From assembly GCA_964597355.1 (NCBI GenBank), contig CAZQWS010000001.1, forward strand, positions 24,279 through 88,278: DNA of 64,000 nt, read 5' to 3'. The translations under genes were made by a program, and so were the position numbers. Source of the DNA: an uncultured Bdellovibrionales bacterium. Its GTDB lineage: Bacteria > Patescibacteriota > Minisyncoccia > Moranbacterales > UBA1568. The notes beneath the pieces are model-generated. The model was not told where the DNA came from. It did not search any database and saw nothing but the letters and a program-made list of their open reading frames with translations. This document shows, in pieces, positions 27,801 through 38,324 of this stretch; position 1 is the stretch's first letter, and each line of letters begins with the position of its first letter.

Positions 27801-29254
27801 GAAAGTTTGGCGAGGTCAAGCTCTTCGTCGATACGGATACTGGCGACGAAATCAGGCACGTGGGAAACCAAAATCATGGTCCCTTTGTAGTCATTGAACG
27901 CTTCGGCCATCACCGGTACATGGCGGAAATTGATATGATTGGTCGGCTCATCGAGGATGAGGAGTTCTGGCTTCTCGACATAGAGCCTAGCGAGCATAAG
28001 CAAACCCTTTTGTCCCTCAGAGAGACTCTCCACTTTGTTTTTGACGAGTTCAGCTGGGATAAGAAACTTAGCCGCTGTTTGATACACCACTTCCATATTC
28101 TTGTCTTGCATCACCGCCATGAGTTCCTCGCCCACGGTTTTGTCGAAATCGAGACTCGAGAAGTCCTGACGGTAGTAGCCCACTTTGACGCCCGAAGTAA
28201 TGATAGCCCGTTCACTATCCCCACGAGCCAGCGCTTCGAGGAAGGTGCTTTTGCCAATCCCATTCGGTCCCGTCACAAGGAGATGGGTATTGCGTTTCAA
28301 AACCATATTGACCTGCTTCACTGCTGGACCATAGATCCCCTGCACTGAGACGGTTTTGATATCAATGATTGGCCCGACGATATTATTGCACTCGATTGTA
28401 AAAGGCGAGAGGGTCTTGTCTTCGCGGCGTACATCTACTTTGTTTTCTTCGAGCTCGTCTGCCAACGTACGCATGCGCTTGGCGACGGCACGCAGCTTTC
28501 CACCTTTGTTGGCGAACACATTGGCCTGATCCTTTTTCTCTTGAATCGTTCGTTCCAAACGCACGTTTTCACTTTGGGCTTTCTCAATGCGTTTGGCGAT
28601 TTCTTCGACCACGGTATAGTAGTCCCCATTGTACTGTTCCATGACATGGGTAAAGACATCGAGATAGAGCACGCCTTCGGTAAAAGAATTCAAGAAATCA
28701 GCATCGTGAGAAATGACGAGGCAAGTTTTTTCGTATTCAATAAGAAACTGGGTGAGATGGGCAATGCCATCAGCATCAAGATTATTGGTCGGCTCATCGA
28801 GAAGCAAAATATCCGGTTCCTGGATAAGGGCCGAAGCGAGGAGGAGGCGTGCTTGCTGACCACCACTAAACTGACGAATCTTTTTCTCGAGATCTGCCAC
28901 GGGAAGATGCACCACTTCGAGCACTTCTTGGATTTTCCTCGGAAGCTCCCATTCCGGTACATCGGTATAGCGAGTAAAAAAGTCCTGCACAGAAAGGTCT
29001 AGTTCATCACGCGGAATCACCTGTCGAGCGATCGCCACGGTACTTCCCGAATCAAGCGAGATCCGACCCGACTGAGGCTGGAGTTCACCGGTTAAGAGCT
29101 TGAAGAGCGAACTTTTGCCGGCCCCATTTTGGCCCATGAGAGTAAACTTGGCTCCCCGGCGCAAACTAAAACTTACCTCATCCAAAATAGGTTTGCCGTG
29201 TCGATATTCAAAACTGACATTGTCGAATCGCAAAACAACGTTATCGCGTCCCAT
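27797..29254 (-). CDS. ABC-F family ATPase (two tandem ABC domains, no TM domain)
   Basis: Two Walker A motifs (MGQNGAGKSSL; VTGPNGIGKSTF), ABC signatures (LSGGQQARL; LSEGQKG) and Walker B (LLLDEPTNNLD; LILDEPTNHI). Confidence 0.85.
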   Translation of the reverse strand: MGRDNVVLRFDNVSFEYRHGKPILDEVSFSLRRGAKFTLMGQNGAGKSSLFKLLTGELQPQSGRISLDSGSTVAIARQVIPRDELDLSVQDFFTRYTDVPEWELPRKIQEVLEVVHLPVADLEKKIRQFSGGQQARLLLASALIQEPDILLLDEPTNNLDADGIAHLTQFLIEYEKTCLVISHDADFLNSFTEGVLYLDVFTHVMEQYNGDYYTVVEEIAKRIEKAQSENVRLERTIQEKKDQANVFANKGGKLRAVAKRMRTLADELEENKVDVRREDKTLSPFTIECNNIVGPIIDIKTVSVQGIYGPAVKQVNMVLKRNTHLLVTGPNGIGKSTFLEALARGDSERAIITSGVKVGYYRQDFSSLDFDKTVGEELMAVMQDKNMEVVYQTAAKFLIPAELVKNKVESLSEGQKGLLMLARLYVEKPELLILDEPTNHINFRHVPVMAEAFNDYKGTMILVSHVPDFVASIRIDEELDLAKLS

Positions 29255-29312
29255 AAAAAGTAAAGAAAAAACGCCGCAAAACGGCGATCACAGTATCGCA
29301 CAAAAAATCCGA

Positions 29313-30428
29313 CTAGGCAAGTATACACTCCATTGTTTCACGAGCGCATTGGTCCCAAGAAAAGTGTTTGAGTTGTTCATTACCCCTCTCAACAAGATTC
29401 TTTCGCAAAGTTTCATCCTGCCACAGTTGCTTCATCTTTTTGGCAATGTCGCTTACATCCTGAGCGTCACAGTACAACGCCCCATCACCCGCCACTTCAG
29501 AGAGGCTCGAGTTATGCGCCGTAAGCACTGGGATTTCCGACGCAAAGGCTTCAAGAATTGGAATACCGAAGCCTTCATAGAGAGATGGAAATACAAAGGC
29601 CCGAGCTCCTTGGTAAAGCGCTCGTAAATCTTCAAAGCTTACTCTCCCGGTAAGGAGAATATCGTCGCGATAGTTACTCCGTTCTCTTGCCTGGAGAATC
29701 CCATCCGAAAGCCAGGCCGCTTCACCAGCAAGCACCAGCTTCATATCTGGACATTCGGCTTTCACCTGCTCAAAAGCTTCGATCAAACGAACGAGGTTTT
29801 TCCGCGGTTGCAATGCTCCAACATACAGAAAGTAGTTGGTAGTGAGTAGTTGGTAGTGAGTAAGCTTAACAGTAAGCTCCTCTTGAGACAAACGCTTACC
29901 AAAGAAGTCAGCATCAAAACCATGATGAATGACTTTGATTTTTGATTCGGAAAGGTGAGGAAAGAATTCCAAAAGATCTCGTTTGGTGGAATGAGAAACA
30001 GCAATAAACTTGTCAGCTTGCCGAACGACGGTCGAAAGCATGAGATCAAGTTTGAGCCGATCCAGCAGAGGAAACGTTTCTGGAAAACGCTTCCAGGCCA
30101 GATCGTGGATAGTAGCTGTTACCTCAAGACCATTAGGGAGACAAAGAGGAGCCGCTTGGATAGGAAGAAAAAGTTTGCTGGGTTTGTTTGTAAACATCTC
30201 CCACGCAAACCGGGTTTGCATCCACGCTTTTGGAAAGGGCAAAGACTCCACGGTATAGTTCTGAAAGGGAGGCGGGGTCAGTACAGGATTAAATACTCCC
30301 TTATGATACAGTGCAAAAGTATCGCTCGTATTGAGTTGTCCAAAACGTTTTAGAAGCTCAAATAAGTACACCCGCGTCCCATCGATCCGCGCATGATCCA
30401 AATCACTAGCCTGAATCGCTATGTGCAT
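29313..30428 (-). CDS. Glycosyltransferase family 1 (GT-B, GT4-like)
   Basis: C-terminal GT1 core (LVLAGEAAW...LLTGRVSFEDL...AFVFPSLYEGFGIPILEA). 371 aa. Confidence 0.85.
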   Translation of the reverse strand: MHIAIQASDLDHARIDGTRVYLFELLKRFGQLNTSDTFALYHKGVFNPVLTPPPFQNYTVESLPFPKAWMQTRFAWEMFTNKPSKLFLPIQAAPLCLPNGLEVTATIHDLAWKRFPETFPLLDRLKLDLMLSTVVRQADKFIAVSHSTKRDLLEFFPHLSESKIKVIHHGFDADFFGKRLSQEELTVKLTHYQLLTTNYFLYVGALQPRKNLVRLIEAFEQVKAECPDMKLVLAGEAAWLSDGILQARERSNYRDDILLTGRVSFEDLRALYQGARAFVFPSLYEGFGIPILEAFASEIPVLTAHNSSLSEVAGDGALYCDAQDVSDIAKKMKQLWQDETLRKNLVERGNEQLKHFSWDQCARETMECILA

Positions 30429-30429
30429 A

Positions 30430-31389
30430 CTATGGAGCAGAAGCTCGTTCTTTACGGATATGCATCAGCTCAAGTGGTTCGGCAAACTGCATCGCTTCAG
30501 GCTTTACCGTAAGTTCTCTCGCTACTGCTCCCTGGTCTACAAAAAAGGCGACCACAGATTGCACCACATCATCTGGAGCACTGGCCCCAGCTGTGACACC
30601 GACTCGCTCCACCCCCTCAAGCCATTGGGGATCAATATACTCTTTACTATCAATCAACTGTGCCTGCGTACCCATAGCTCTTACTGTCTCAACCAAGCGG
30701 TTAGAATTGGAAGAAGCGTGCGATCCTACCACCAAAACGAGGTTAACCTCTTTCGCCAGTCCCTTCACGGCTTCCTGACGATTGGTCGTCGCATAGCAAA
30801 TATCCTGAAGTGGCGGAGCGATTATCGTCGGATACTTCTTTTTGAGAGCAATGATCACTTCACGGGTATCATCAACTGAGAGTGTCGTCTGTGTAAGGTA
30901 AATCATTTTATCCGTTGTAGGTAACGTCAAGGCTTCAACCTCGGCTACGGTTTCAACAAGCGGGACCATTGCTTCCGGAACTTCTCCGAGCACACCAATC
31001 CCTTCCGGATGCCCCGCATGCCCGATATAAATAATTTGATAGCCATCCTTGATATACCGCTGAAACTCCAGATGGACTTTGGTGACGAGTGGACAGGTGG
31101 CATCAATAAGCCGCAGTTTTCGTTCGCGAGCCAGAGCATAGTGCGTTTGCGGTGAACCATGGGCCGAAAAAACCACCACTGATCCTTCGGGAACATCTCG
31201 AAGTTCCTCTACCGTAACCGCCCCGAGCTTCGAAAGACGTTCAACGACATTTTTGTTGTGCACAATTTCATGCTTCACATAGACTGGCGCGCCAAAAATC
31301 TCGAGCGTATCCTCCACTGCCTTCACTGCCCGACTGACACCAGCACAAAACCCTCGTGGGGATGCCAATACCACTTCCTTCACCATCAT
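30430..31389 (-). CDS. ispH: 4-hydroxy-3-methylbut-2-enyl diphosphate reductase
   Basis: LASPRGFCAGVSRAV, VHNKNV and the conserved Cys triad pattern. 319 aa. Confidence 0.9.
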   Translation of the reverse strand: MMVKEVVLASPRGFCAGVSRAVKAVEDTLEIFGAPVYVKHEIVHNKNVVERLSKLGAVTVEELRDVPEGSVVVFSAHGSPQTHYALARERKLRLIDATCPLVTKVHLEFQRYIKDGYQIIYIGHAGHPEGIGVLGEVPEAMVPLVETVAEVEALTLPTTDKMIYLTQTTLSVDDTREVIIALKKKYPTIIAPPLQDICYATTNRQEAVKGLAKEVNLVLVVGSHASSNSNRLVETVRAMGTQAQLIDSKEYIDPQWLEGVERVGVTAGASAPDDVVQSVVAFFVDQGAVARELTVKPEAMQFAEPLELMHIRKERASAP

Positions 31390-31392
31390 ACG

Positions 31393-32112
31393 TTAATCCT
31401 TAATGATCGTTCCTACAAATTTCTTGCCAGCAATATAGTTAGCCGTATTTTCGAGATCGCCACCATTCATGACGGCTACTTCCATTTTTTCTTCTTCAGC
31501 CATTTTGGAAGCGATCGGATCGAACGGGGCATTCATGCCAGGATTCCATTTATGGCCGACAATATCTCGAAACGCCTTCCAGGTCAGGTGATCATACGGC
31601 TTCGCATCAGCATTCGTCCGGGGATCCTTGTCATAGACCCGCTCAATATTGGACAGGTTGATGATTCGCTTCACACCCAGGTATTTCCCAAGAACTACAG
31701 CGTCAAAATCCGTCGAAAAGCCCGGACGCCAGCCAGCCGCGACGAGAATTGGTTCTGAAGCAGAGTAAAAATCTTCAAGGTCATGAGGATTAGTATTGAT
31801 CCGAGGATGAGCATATTCACGGAAAATCGTACGGACGAGATGCGCATTCATGCGCGTGGCATGAATTCCAAGCCAATCTTTGTCCTCATCATTAATCTTG
31901 GTCACGGTCGCTGCCGCTTCGATGTACTTGCGCGCTGTCTTGCCACCACCCGTCACCAAAATGAAATGGTACCCATCCCCGATATGGTCAACAATAAACT
32001 TTTTGAAATTAGCTACAAAGATAGCATCGATTGACTCCGGAACCAAGAGCGATCCCCCCAGCGAGATAATAATCCGTTCCTTTGCCTCTTCCTTAGCTTT
32101 GTTTTTTTCCAT
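31393..32112 (-). CDS. pyrH: UMP kinase, archaeal type (amino-acid-kinase fold)
   Basis: LGGSLLVPES, LVTGGGKTARKYIEAA, GIHATRMNAHLV and WRPGFSTDFDAVVLG align motif-for-motif with archaeal PyrH rather than isopentenyl-phosphate kinase. Confidence 0.8.
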   Translation of the reverse strand: MEKNKAKEEAKERIIISLGGSLLVPESIDAIFVANFKKFIVDHIGDGYHFILVTGGGKTARKYIEAAATVTKINDEDKDWLGIHATRMNAHLVRTIFREYAHPRINTNPHDLEDFYSASEPILVAAGWRPGFSTDFDAVVLGKYLGVKRIINLSNIERVYDKDPRTNADAKPYDHLTWKAFRDIVGHKWNPGMNAPFDPIASKMAEEEKMEVAVMNGGDLENTANYIAGKKFVGTIIKD

Positions 32113-32118
32113 AGAGCT

Positions 32119-33354
32119 TTATTGCTGGCAATATGCTACCACTTCTGAAATGGCTACTTCTTTCACTACTTCATTGGCACGCTCTTTCACTTCTACCTTA
32201 CCACTTTCAAGTGAGCGCTTGCCCATGACGATACGCAGCGGGATACCGAGGAGATCACTTTCGGTAAACTTTTCTCCCGCACTCGTATCACGGTCATCAT
32301 AGAGCACCTCAATCCCCGCTTCCTCAAGTTCACTGTAGAGTTTGTCAGCTGCTTCATTCACTCCGAGCGAGACGAGATGGACTTGAAAGGGCGCCACTGA
32401 TTTTGGCCATACGAGTCCTTTATCATCAGCAAATTTTTCAACAATTACCCCCATAGCCCGGGTAATACCAATGCCGTAGGAGGCCAAGTAAACAGGATGT
32501 TCCTTACCATCGCTTCCCTTAAAATTAATGCCCATTTGTTCCGCTTTTTCAGTGCCAAAATTAAAGATATTGCCTACTTCAGCACTTTTTACCTTTTCCA
32601 TTTCTTCTTTTTTGATCCCAAGTTCCTCTACCGCAGCATCCAGCACTTCTTCATTCACAGCAACATTTTTTTCGCGATGGATATAGAGGATATCTTCGCC
32701 TGCATCACAGATAGTTTGAAACTCATGGCTAAATTTGGTGAAAGCCCCTCCACTCGCAAAGGTAACGTACGTATCTTTACCCAAGCCTAATCTTTCGTAC
32801 ACTCGCTTGTAAGCATCGATAACTTTGTTGTAGTACTGGTCAAGGTCTTCCGCACTCGCATGAAGCGAGTACATGTCTTTCATTACAAACTCTCGGCCAC
32901 GCATAATCCCACTTTTTGCCCGCAGTTCGTTTCTCAGTTTTGTTTGAAATTGATAAACGCTTGTTGGTAAGTCTTTATAGCTTGAAACAAAATGACTCAT
33001 CATCCGCATGATTGGTTCCTCATGTGACCAAGCGAGACCAAGTTCAACCCCATCCTTCAGCTTTGTCTTGAACCACACATCCACTACCTCATCACTCCAA
33101 CGCGTCGTTGTTTCCCAGGCTTCTTTGGGTTGCAGATTAGTCATGATAAGTTCTTGTCCACCAATAGCATCCATCTCCTCGCGCACAATGCGTTTGATGT
33201 TTTCGAGTACCCGAAGCCCAAGTGGCGTATACGCATACACCCCCGCCATTTCTTTGTGAATAAAGCCGGCCCGGGAGAGAAGGATGGCATTTTTACTCAC
33301 TTCGTCTTTGGGAGCGGTCTTACTGGTTCGGGTAAATAGATTCGATTGACGCAT
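32119..33354 (-). CDS. proS: Proline--tRNA ligase (short form lacking the INS editing domain)
   Basis: The start MRQSNLFTRTSKTAPKDEVSKNAILLSRAGFIHKEMAGVYAYTPLG parallels the ProRS N-terminus. Class IIa catalytic core plus anticodon-binding domain. The track's 20 extra N-terminal codons are spurious. Confidence 0.85.
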   Translation of the reverse strand: MRQSNLFTRTSKTAPKDEVSKNAILLSRAGFIHKEMAGVYAYTPLGLRVLENIKRIVREEMDAIGGQELIMTNLQPKEAWETTTRWSDEVVDVWFKTKLKDGVELGLAWSHEEPIMRMMSHFVSSYKDLPTSVYQFQTKLRNELRAKSGIMRGREFVMKDMYSLHASAEDLDQYYNKVIDAYKRVYERLGLGKDTYVTFASGGAFTKFSHEFQTICDAGEDILYIHREKNVAVNEEVLDAAVEELGIKKEEMEKVKSAEVGNIFNFGTEKAEQMGINFKGSDGKEHPVYLASYGIGITRAMGVIVEKFADDKGLVWPKSVAPFQVHLVSLGVNEAADKLYSELEEAGIEVLYDDRDTSAGEKFTESDLLGIPLRIVMGKRSLESGKVEVKERANEVVKEVAISEVVAYCQQ

Positions 33355-33361
33355 AGATAAA

Positions 33362-33478
33362 TCAGTAAACAATAAGCAGTAAACAGTAAGCAATAAGAAG
33401 AAAACAAAAGACAAAAAAGAATCAGCTACTCATCTTTTCTTTTTTTGTCCCCTGTTTATTGTTTTTTGTTTACTGTTT
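33362..33478. repeat. Long imperfect palindrome / tandem CAGTAAACA(A/G)TAAG repeats between the HtrA-like gene and proS
   Basis: Left arm CAGTAAACAATAAGCAGTAAACAGTAAGCAATAAG...; right arm CTGTTTATTGTTTTTTGTTTACTGTTTTCTG is its approximate reverse complement. Confidence 0.5.
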
Positions 33479-33494
33479 TCTGTATTCTATTCTA

Positions 33495-34673
33495 TCACAG
33501 CGAGAGAGAAAGCTCGCGCTCCACCCCAGAACGGATAATTTTGAGCGTGGCATTCTCGCCAGGCTTCAGCCGACCGATGGCGACCGAAAGCGGGAGATCA
33601 AGGTTGATCTCCACTCCATTGACGGCAATGATAATATCCCCAAATTGCAGTCCTGCGAGAGCTGCTGGAGATCCAGCCAAGACTGAAAGACCCGTGCGTT
33701 CTGAAGGACTATACACGAGAGCTCCCCGATCACGAGCGAGACCAAGCGTTTGTTCTATGAGAGGCGTAATCGTCAGATAATAAATCCCTGCTACGGGCCG
33801 AGTCAGTTTCCCGGCAATCAGCCGATCCAAAGAATCCCGAAGAGCCTTGGCCGGGACAAGAAATAACTGTGTCGTTCCATCCACCCGTACGGCACCGAGT
33901 ACTCCCGCTACTTCTCCATTCAAAAGAAGTGCCGGGCTTCCAGGTACGCCATTTGTAACCGACGTTCCTAAGCTATAGACCCCTTCCCATTCTTCTGATG
34001 AAGCGACGGTTTGCGGGGCGAGATTCCAGGTTCGTTCATAACTCCCCACTACACTTGGCATTACTGAGAGAGTTGTTTCATTGGTCCGCGACAAAAGTGC
34101 AAAGCGACGACCAGGTTTTACGTCAGCCGAATTGGTAAAAGCTATGGCTGGAGTATTCATTCCTTCCACTCGAAGGTACAAAAGGTTCGTCAGAGCGTCG
34201 TAACCAGCTACCTGTGCTTCTTTCTTTTGACCATCACCCAAAAAAACTGTGTAGTGATTTTGGCCAGGTGTAGGTTCCCGCTCCCGGTACGTTACCAAAA
34301 GCCCATCATTTGTGACCAAGACGCCAGAAGTACTGCGGGATTGCCCAAGTGCAAGAGCCAAAGTCTCAGCTTTCGGTACGGTTTCTTCCAGCACGCCGAC
34401 GACTACCGAACCATAGAGAGCGACCATGCGCTCAATGTTTTCGTCCTGAGTGATACTGACGGACTCCTTTCGCTCAATCACTGTCACCCGTTCACCAAGC
34501 TTGGGAACGATCCCCATGCGACTAGCCCAGTCTTCTGAAGCGAGCCATGGTAAAACTTTCCATTCAAAAACGAGGATGCCCAGGCTCATGAACACAAAGA
34601 GAAAAACGATTTTGGCACCCCAAGAAAGCCAAGGTTTTATGCAACACAGAAATGTTTCCAAAAAGGCAGCCAT
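33495..34673 (-). CDS. HtrA-like PDZ-domain protein with apparently degenerate protease triad
   Basis: Trypsin-fold layout followed by a C-terminal PDZ domain. The Ser-box reads GVPGSPALL instead of GNSGGP. The His-box position reads VTNDGLLV with no His. Start taken at MAAFLETFLC (34673), which also gives an N-terminal TM. Confidence 0.6.
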   Translation of the reverse strand: MAAFLETFLCCIKPWLSWGAKIVFLFVFMSLGILVFEWKVLPWLASEDWASRMGIVPKLGERVTVIERKESVSITQDENIERMVALYGSVVVGVLEETVPKAETLALALGQSRSTSGVLVTNDGLLVTYREREPTPGQNHYTVFLGDGQKKEAQVAGYDALTNLLYLRVEGMNTPAIAFTNSADVKPGRRFALLSRTNETTLSVMPSVVGSYERTWNLAPQTVASSEEWEGVYSLGTSVTNGVPGSPALLLNGEVAGVLGAVRVDGTTQLFLVPAKALRDSLDRLIAGKLTRPVAGIYYLTITPLIEQTLGLARDRGALVYSPSERTGLSVLAGSPAALAGLQFGDIIIAVNGVEINLDLPLSVAIGRLKPGENATLKIIRSGVERELSLSL

Positions 34674-34755
34674 ATACGTATAAGTGGTGATAGTAGCATC
34701 TTTTCCTCGAACGATCAAGCCGCCCAGTTCGGGTCGTTGTGCTGACCTCTCTTCC

Positions 34756-35514
34756 CTATACAACCAAATTCCAGGGGGAAGTCATAACAAGAAGAGCTAG
34801 CAAAAAGAGCAACATGACGCTTTCCTGGAGAGCGTTCTTCAATACGAATTGGCCACGGATAAGATCGAAGCTAATTTTCCACAAGAGGAAAAAGTTAATA
34901 AGCATCGCTGCCCCAACCGTGAGGTAACCAAATGGCCAAAAGTGTACCACCCAAATAAGCTCCATCATGAGCATACCGATTGTAAAAGCCGTAAGGAGAA
35001 TGAGCTTAGTATCCTTTGGCTCCCAGGCGGTAAAAAGTGTGTGGAAGGCCACCAAAAAGCTTACGATAAAGAAGACAGACAGAAGGATAGTGAGGTGCAC
35101 TTCGTAATTGATGTAGAGTCCATAGATTGCGGTAAAGACAAAAAAAAGGCTGGAAAGTGCCGCCAGGTTCAGCATGGCCCGAGCGGTCTTGTCTCGTTCG
35201 TTTTGACGTAATCGGTAGATCCCAAGAAGCGCTCCGTAATAAATAATCGAAGCGATGGTAATGAAGGCACGCGTTTCAAAGCCCCGGTCGATAAGGGAGA
35301 GGAGAAGTGGCACACTAAAAGCAAGCGTACTTGGCAAGTACGCCGTATACCAATAGCCGGTCAGTTTCTTGGCAGCAATAATCGAAAGTGTAATAAGACT
35401 GCCCGAAGTAATAAGAAAAAAACTCCAGGCCGGTACAATCGACCGCTCACTAATAATGAGAAGCGAGACAAAGAATAGGACTGAGAAGAAGAGAACAGTA
35501 AAATGAAACAGCAT
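34756..35514 (-). CDS. Hypothetical polytopic membrane protein (~8 TM)
   Basis: 252-aa hydrophobic ORF. No motifs recognised. Confidence 0.5.
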   Translation of the reverse strand: MLFHFTVLFFSVLFFVSLLIISERSIVPAWSFFLITSGSLITLSIIAAKKLTGYWYTAYLPSTLAFSVPLLLSLIDRGFETRAFITIASIIYYGALLGIYRLRQNERDKTARAMLNLAALSSLFFVFTAIYGLYINYEVHLTILLSVFFIVSFLVAFHTLFTAWEPKDTKLILLTAFTIGMLMMELIWVVHFWPFGYLTVGAAMLINFFLLWKISFDLIRGQFVLKNALQESVMLLFLLALLVMTSPWNLVV

Positions 35515-35538
35515 AGTTACATCATATCACGGCCTATC

Positions 35539-38172
35539 TTAGTCCTTTTCTTTACTTTTTACAAACACCACTTTGCCACTGCGTTCCGTCACGTCGATGA
35601 TGCCTTCTTGGCTGAGTTTCCCTTCGAGTAGGTCAAGCGCCAGTGGATCCAGGATCACTGTTTGGATGAGGCGCTTCAGCGGCCTTGCACCATAGAGCGG
35701 ATCATAGCCCTTCTGAACGAGCCACTGTTTGAGTTTGGTCGTAAAGTGGAGGTGAATACCTTGAGTGTTGAGGCGCCCCGTTACCCGTTCGAGTTGGAGG
35801 TCGACAATCGACAACAGAACTTTTTGGGAGAGCGGATGGAAGATTACAATGTCGTCGATACGATTGAGGAACTCTGGTTTGAAGGTAGCCCGTAGCCGCT
35901 CCTCAACGATTGCCTGCATCTTTTCTTCCGAGAGAGTCTTGACTTCACGGTCGAGAGCAAAACCCAAAGCCGGCGCAGTCTGAGTAATCGCTTCTGACCC
36001 CACATTGGACGTCATGATAATAACCGTGTTTTTGAAATTGACTAAACGTCCTTTGGCATCCGTCAAGCGACCATCATCGAGAATTTGAAGGAGAACATTG
36101 AAAACGTCCGGATGAGCTTTTTCAATCTCATCGAAGAGAAGCACACTATAGGGCCGTCGTCGAATCCGTTCGGTCAGCTGCCCGCCTTCTTCATAGCCGA
36201 TATAACCCGGAGGCGACCCGATAAGTTTTGCCGTCGCATGCGGTTCCATGTATTCGCTCATATCGATACGGATAAGCGCGTCTTCATCGTCAAACAGAAA
36301 TTCCGCCAGAGCTTTGGCGAGCTCGGTTTTCCCAATACCAGTCGGACCAAGGAAAATAAACGATCCAATCGGTCGACGTTCATCCGAGAGTCCTGCCCGC
36401 GAGCGGCGAATAGCATTGGCCACCGCCCTAATCGCTTCGTCTTGCCCCACCACTCGCTTTGCCAACTCCTTTTCCATCATGACGAGTTTTTCAGTCTCGC
36501 GCTTGAGCATCTTGTTTAGAGGAATACCCGTTGCCCGTGACACGACAGCAGCGATATCTTCTTCGGTAATTTCTTCCTTGAGCAACATATCCTTCCGCTG
36601 CAAATTCTGAAGCTTCTTCTCGGACGTCTTGATCTGCTGTTCTAAGGCTGGAATTTTGCCATAGCGAATCTCGGCCACTCGATCAAGCTCGCCTCGCCGT
36701 TCTGCCATCTCCGCCTCCCCGCGCAGCTTTTCAATCTGTTCCTTCAGATTTTTCGATCCGGTAATAACATCTTTTTCCGATTTCCACTGGAGCGAAAGCA
36801 CCTGCGAAGCTTCACGGAGTTTGGCCAATTCCACCGCTATTTTTTTTACTTTTTCTTTGCTATCTTTGGTTTTCTCTTTTTCCAACGCGAGCCGTTCGAT
36901 ATCAAGCCGCCGAATGCTTCGTTCTAGTTTATCCAATCCTTCAGGCATCGATTCTATTTCCATCCGCCGCAACGATGCAGCTTCATCCACCAAGTCAATC
37001 GCCTTATCTGGAAGAAACCGATCCGTAATGTAGCGACTCGAAAGCGTTACTGCCGCGACAAGCGCCGCATCGGTAATATTAACCCCATGGTGAAGTGCGT
37101 ACTTTTCTTTAATGCCGCGCAAGATTGCGACCGTATCCTCTTCGCTTGGCTCACTCACGTAAACCGGCTGAAAACGTCGTTCAAGTGCCGCATCTTTTTC
37201 GATATATTTCTGGTATTCCTTCAAAGTCGTTGCTCCCACACAACGTAATTTTCCGCGTGCCAAAGCTGGCTTCAACATGTTGGAAGCATCAAGCGCCCCT
37301 TCAGTCGCTCCGGCACCAACCAGGGTATGCAATTCATCAATAAAGAGAATAAAGCGATCCGCACTCTGTTCGATTTCTTTGAGTATCGCCTTGAGCCGTT
37401 CTTCGAATTCACCCCGAAACTTGGCCCCAGCGAGAAGACTCCCGAGATCAAGCGAGATCACGTCTTTCCCCTTGAGGCTTTCTGGCACATCACCTGACAC
37501 AATGCGCTGTGCCAACCCTTCAGCAATCGCCGTCTTCCCCGTCCCTGGTTCTCCGATCAATACCGGATTGTTTTTGGTCCGGCGTGAGAGGATCTGCATC
37601 ACTCGACGAATCTCTTCATCGCGGCCGATGACTGGATCAAGTTTTTCTTCCCGAGCGAGTGCTGTCAGATTGACGGCATACTTCTCGAGTACTTGATAAC
37701 TCGCTTCTGGCCGGTCACTCTCCACCCGCGTACTGCCCCGGACTTCGCGCAAGATGCCAAGCACCGACTCAGGCGTCAGACCAAAAGATCCCGCCAACTC
37801 TCGAAGAGTGCGAGAAATCTGAAGCAGTGCGAGGAGTAAATGCTCGGTCGATACAAACTTATCCTGCATGGTCACCATAATCTTTTCGGCCTCAGCCAAC
37901 ACCCGAGCGAGTTCTGGCGAGAGGAGGAGTTGGCCCGTATTCCCCTGTTTCACTGTCGGGAGGTGATCCAAGAGGTCGAGTACTTTCCCCTGCAGTACTT
38001 CGCTCTCCTCAGTCAGTCGCTTCACCACGACAGGCACTATCGACTCATCCTGCAAAAGAAGGGCATAAAAAAGATGTACTGACTGAAGTTCTGGGTGTTC
38101 ACGCGAGAGCGCAATTTCCTGCGCTTGCCGCAAGGCTTCTTGGCTTTTTTGGGTGAAATTTTGGATATTCAT
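35539..38172 (-). CDS. clpB: ATP-dependent chaperone ClpB
   Basis: 877 aa. Clp N-domain, two AAA+ modules ([10 protein letters not shown]; [10 protein letters not shown]) and a long middle coiled-coil domain between them. Confidence 0.95.
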   Translation of the reverse strand: MNIQNFTQKSQEALRQAQEIALSREHPELQSVHLFYALLLQDESIVPVVVKRLTEESEVLQGKVLDLLDHLPTVKQGNTGQLLLSPELARVLAEAEKIMVTMQDKFVSTEHLLLALLQISRTLRELAGSFGLTPESVLGILREVRGSTRVESDRPEASYQVLEKYAVNLTALAREEKLDPVIGRDEEIRRVMQILSRRTKNNPVLIGEPGTGKTAIAEGLAQRIVSGDVPESLKGKDVISLDLGSLLAGAKFRGEFEERLKAILKEIEQSADRFILFIDELHTLVGAGATEGALDASNMLKPALARGKLRCVGATTLKEYQKYIEKDAALERRFQPVYVSEPSEEDTVAILRGIKEKYALHHGVNITDAALVAAVTLSSRYITDRFLPDKAIDLVDEAASLRRMEIESMPEGLDKLERSIRRLDIERLALEKEKTKDSKEKVKKIAVELAKLREASQVLSLQWKSEKDVITGSKNLKEQIEKLRGEAEMAERRGELDRVAEIRYGKIPALEQQIKTSEKKLQNLQRKDMLLKEEITEEDIAAVVSRATGIPLNKMLKRETEKLVMMEKELAKRVVGQDEAIRAVANAIRRSRAGLSDERRPIGSFIFLGPTGIGKTELAKALAEFLFDDEDALIRIDMSEYMEPHATAKLIGSPPGYIGYEEGGQLTERIRRRPYSVLLFDEIEKAHPDVFNVLLQILDDGRLTDAKGRLVNFKNTVIIMTSNVGSEAITQTAPALGFALDREVKTLSEEKMQAIVEERLRATFKPEFLNRIDDIVIFHPLSQKVLLSIVDLQLERVTGRLNTQGIHLHFTTKLKQWLVQKGYDPLYGARPLKRLIQTVILDPLALDLLEGKLSQEGIIDVTERSGKVVFVKSKEKD

Positions 38173-38324
38173 AAAGCGTACTTATTTTGCACCTCCACTT
38201 TATCAAATTAGCACTCTCAATGCAAGAGTGCTAATAGAATACTTCTTGATAAAGCAAGGACACCCAAGTAAGCCCTTTTCATTACACCCTCCTTTACTCT
38301 CAACTGCTATCTTCCTGCCTGTAG

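Noticed and set aside
27482-28348. 288-aa plus-strand ORF
   Set aside because: It is antisense to the ABC-F ATPase, which has canonical Walker A/B and signature motifs.
31393-32112. Isopentenyl-phosphate kinase instead of UMP kinase (next to ispH)
   Set aside because: The motif-by-motif match (LGGSLLVPES, VTGGGKTARKYIE, GIHATRMNA, PGFSTDFDA) is to archaeal-type PyrH. IPK lacks these signatures.
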